Source: Utricularia gibba
Lineage: Eukaryota; Plantae; Magnoliophyta
DNA length: 64,000 nucleotides
Direction: 5' to 3'
Assembly: GCA_002189035.1 (NCBI GenBank)
Contig: NEEC01000016.1
Coordinates: 1,860,001-1,924,000, forward strand
The position numbers and the translations under genes were made by a program. The notes under the pieces are model-generated. The model was not told the origin of the DNA and made no database searches. It saw only the letters and a program-made list of their open reading frames with translations. Shown in pieces: positions 61,246 through 64,000 of this stretch. Position 1 is the first letter of the stretch, and each line of letters begins with the position of its first letter.

Positions 61246-64000
61246 TCAAACAATGGTGGCATTGTAGGAGCTGCATAGCTGGAGTAAAGCAGCCTGATTG
61301 GCTGGTTCTAGATTGGCAATGATAATTTGGGGGACTGTTCCAGGAGACCGCGCAGAAAAACTTGCGAGAGATGTCACTAGGAATTGCTTTGGATCTATCT
61401 CTCGCAAAGGGTCATCTTCTTTCCTTCCTGCATTCTGCAAGCGCACAAACGCTGCACTGTATCCACCCGTCTCAGAAAAATCAGGTACCTCAGTCTCCTC
61501 TTCAACCCTGATGTCCTCGGGCCGTGATATGAGAGTAACAACACTGTCTAGCATCTTTCCCCAGAGGGTTGAATCTGATGGTGCCAAGAACTCACACAGT
61601 AATCTAGTTGAAGCAACAGAGCACAGCTTCAGCTCCACACGGCCAGTGATCAACTTGAGATGAGGAATCCAGAACTGCTCCAAAATTGTACGAAAAATAT
61701 CCGCCTGAACTGCATTCACTGAGCCAGAAAGGTTTGCACAGCCATGCTTCACCAGAAAAAGAGACATAAATATAATAAGCGACTTAATGAACTTCACAGT
61801 TCTGTTGTTTTGAAGGCGTCTAAACAAAGAAACCCAGATATGGCCAACGAAGGGCGAGATGACATCATAGCCAACATTTTCTATAACAGTGTTCAGCACA
61901 TAGAATCCCTGTTCATCTGTACTCCTAGAAGAAACTAGCAAGTCAAAAATCCCAAGGACATTCGATAATCGTCCTTGCTGATTTAGCTCATGTGGGGCCT
62001 TTTTAAGAAAGGACTGAAGTAACTGGACAAGTGCTGGAACATTTGCAGGTTTTTTCCACGACTCAGGCATAAGGAGTATCATAAATATCTCCATATAGTT
62101 CCCTGGAAGAGGGGTTCGATATGAATCAACAAGCAGAGCCAGCATCTGGAATGCATATGGAAAGAACTCGCTCACGTCTTTGGTTAATATCATTTGCAAG
62201 CTCGGCAAGAGACTTGTTTCTAGAGAAGAAATAAGTGCATTGTCCTGCTCACAAGCCCTCCTTATTAGAAGAGCCACAGATTCAAAAAGGTAGTGATTGA
62301 AGACTGGATTTTTAGGGTTTTCACAAACCCTGTTAAGAATAGCTGCCAGCCCATTGATGCAAGGTAACGCAATGTCATGTGAAAGAGTAGCAACTCCCAA
62401 AACACGCATGATGCACTTCATAATATACTGATTCTCCTCTGATTCTGGCTTCTGCAATGCAGCAAAAAGATTTGTCATCAGCGGTAGAAGCATTGGATTC
62501 ACATCGGCTTCTGAGAACCGTGCATTTCCTCTTTCTTCCTTGACAAGAAGAAGTTTCTCAATGCAGCTGGCCGCATATGAATGTACCACGTTGGACTCTG
62601 AGACTAGGAAGCGAACCACATCAGGAAGTAAATTCATTGCAACTTCCTTAGAGATATGGCTCCTAAACATCGTGAAGAACTTCAGGGCACCAGCTTTCAG
62701 CATAGGAAATTCATCCACATTTTGGTTTTTCAGATCCGGCACAACAACATTTCCAAAAAAAGTTTGAATGTCGATGAGATCAGTAGATGTGGTGATCCCA
62801 CCAGCTTTCTTTGTGGCAAGAGAGACCACCAGGTAGATAGCACAGTCTTTGTACTTCCAGTTAGAATTAGGATTCGCTGAAAATGTAGATAAAAGGCTCT
62901 GAATCTGAGCTGATACCTTTTCATTAACCTTTTCTTTATAGTTCGCAGAAATTCCTTTGAGGAGTTCGCACGCTATCCTCCTCCTAGTGTCTAGATCGCT
63001 TCCTTCCATATCTCTCCGTATGAACTCTATATAATTCATCTCAAAAAGTTCTTCGTCTTCATCCCTTAGCATCACATTGGGAATCACGATACTCTGACAA
63101 ATCTGCTGCAAAACATCATCCCTAGAAAATAATGCATGATGCACACTCGAGCTGACAGTGGTTAAGAATTTAATAGCGGTTACTGTAAGCTCCTCGCGTG
63201 TGGGGGAATTCGAGGAAACTACCAAAAGACCCCACACTGCCTCCACGAACTCGCTTAAGTATTTCTGAAAGGCCTCCCCCTCTTTCATCATAAACAAGCT
63301 AATGATTTCACAGACAGAAGCACGCAAAGAATCGACCACAGCAAGCCCATCATTCCCCACATCCTCTAATGCAGAATATTTAACAGTTAAGTATTTCTTA
63401 AATTCAATCATCCACTCATCAAGGTGATCCTCATAATACTCAGGAAGATCCTGAGAACAGAGTGAATGAAAGATGCTGCAACATAACTTTTGCGAGTCTA
63501 CATACCCTTTAAGAACATTAGCATTCGCTGCCGTTGACCCCATCAGATGGTCCAAAAATCCAGCCGTCCGTTTAAACAATTCCAGTAATGGCTTCGCAAA
63601 TATATCCAGGCAGTACTTCAAGTCAAGCCTCAACTCATTAGTCCCAAACTCGTGCCTAAATTTTAGAAATAAAGAATCGATTGTTGCCAAAACCCCATTC
63701 ACCGAGGCATATGCATTCGCCTGACTCAAATTCGTAAGAGTGACAACCAATTCCGGTAACAAAGTGTTCCAATTTCGAGGAAAGTCGTGCTTTCCAATTT
63801 CCGTTAAGGCTTGACTAAGCTGCGCTTGAATCTTGGGCGGTGAATCAACCATGAGGGTAACGATTAAAGCCTTAATCTGCACCTTCTCAGGATCCGGCAC
63901 CACAACTTTAGACGGTTCATCGGGGTCCCCAGCCCAGTGACTCTTCACATGGTTTTTGAAATTCACAGCTGCCGACTGGCGGATCTGTTCATCTACACCT
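61246..64000 (-). CDS. CSE1: Exportin-2 / CAS / CSE1 (importin-alpha export receptor), intronless CDS, start lies beyond the window
   Basis: IBN_N tail [83 protein letters not shown]. Open for more than 900 codons. Confidence 0.96.
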   Translation of the reverse strand, partial: GVDEQIRQSAAVNFKNHVKSHWAGDPDEPSKVVVPDPEKVQIKALIVTLMVDSPPKIQAQLSQALTEIGKHDFPRNWNTLLPELVVTLTNLSQANAYASVNGVLATIDSLFLKFRHEFGTNELRLDLKYCLDIFAKPLLELFKRTAGFLDHLMGSTAANANVLKGYVDSQKLCCSIFHSLCSQDLPEYYEDHLDEWMIEFKKYLTVKYSALEDVGNDGLAVVDSLRASVCEIISLFMMKEGEAFQKYLSEFVEAVWGLLVVSSNSPTREELTVTAIKFLTTVSSSVHHALFSRDDVLQQICQSIVIPNVMLRDEDEELFEMNYIEFIRRDMEGSDLDTRRRIACELLKGISANYKEKVNEKVSAQIQSLLSTFSANPNSNWKYKDCAIYLVVSLATKKAGGITTSTDLIDIQTFFGNVVVPDLKNQNVDEFPMLKAGALKFFTMFRSHISKEVAMNLLPDVVRFLVSESNVVHSYAASCIEKLLLVKEERGNARFSEADVNPMLLPLMTNLFAALQKPESEENQYIMKCIMRVLGVATLSHDIALPCINGLAAILNRVCENPKNPVFNHYLFESVALLIRRACEQDNALISSLETSLLPSLQMILTKDVSEFFPYAFQMLALLVDSYRTPLPGNYMEIFMILLMPESWKKPANVPALVQLLQSFLKKAPHELNQQGRLSNVLGIFDLLVSSRSTDEQGFYVLNTVIENVGYDVISPFVGHIWVSLFRRLQNNRTVKFIKSLIIFMSLFLVKHGCANLSGSVNAVQADIFRTILEQFWIPHLKLITGRVELKLCSVASTRLLCEFLAPSDSTLWGKMLDSVVTLISRPEDIRVEEETEVPDFSETGGYSAAFVRLQNAGRKEDDPLREIDPKQFLVTSLASFSARSPGTVPQIIIANLEPANQAALLQLCSSYNATIV

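Noticed and set aside
61298-63724. Several 60-120 aa plus-strand ORFs antisense to CSE1 (and similar ones opposite other genes)
   Set aside because: Shadow ORFs of long coding exons, with no recognisable motifs.

Overview
Plant nuclear DNA, most likely a eudicot. Genes are very compact, with many 60-130 nt introns and short intergenic gaps; this suggests a compact-genome lineage such as Lentibulariaceae, but the species cannot be fixed from sequence alone. Two gene-dense blocks (about 12.5-33 kb and 48-64 kb) alternate with two nested transposon islands (1-12 kb and 33.4-47.4 kb). Genes: At1g15800/At1g80610-like coiled-coil protein (-), At1g80700-like probable mitochondrial membrane protein (-), At1g15900/YfiM-like membrane protein (+), FDM/IDN2-family XS-XH protein (+), inositol transporter INT1 (+), CBSX6-like (+), VPS8 (+), ORM1 (+), DmX-like/Rav1 WD40 protein (+) and exportin-2 CSE1/CAS (-, runs off the window). 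TEs: a TSD-bounded PIF/Harbinger element whose transposase is split by a 1451-bp Copia-like solo LTR, a second Harbinger relic, a 5'-truncated Tekay chromovirus, an internally deleted MULE and an Athila-like solo LTR. Four conserved reading frames are broken by single-base losses in G/C homopolymers (one in the At1g15800-like gene, three in DMXL); this is most likely a systematic assembly error. I found no convincing novel biological system. The best leads are the nested TE structure, the homopolymer frameshifts, a stop-free 3n intron in CBSX6 and an unexplained 126-bp tandem duplication. All homolog names come from memory, not from database searches.
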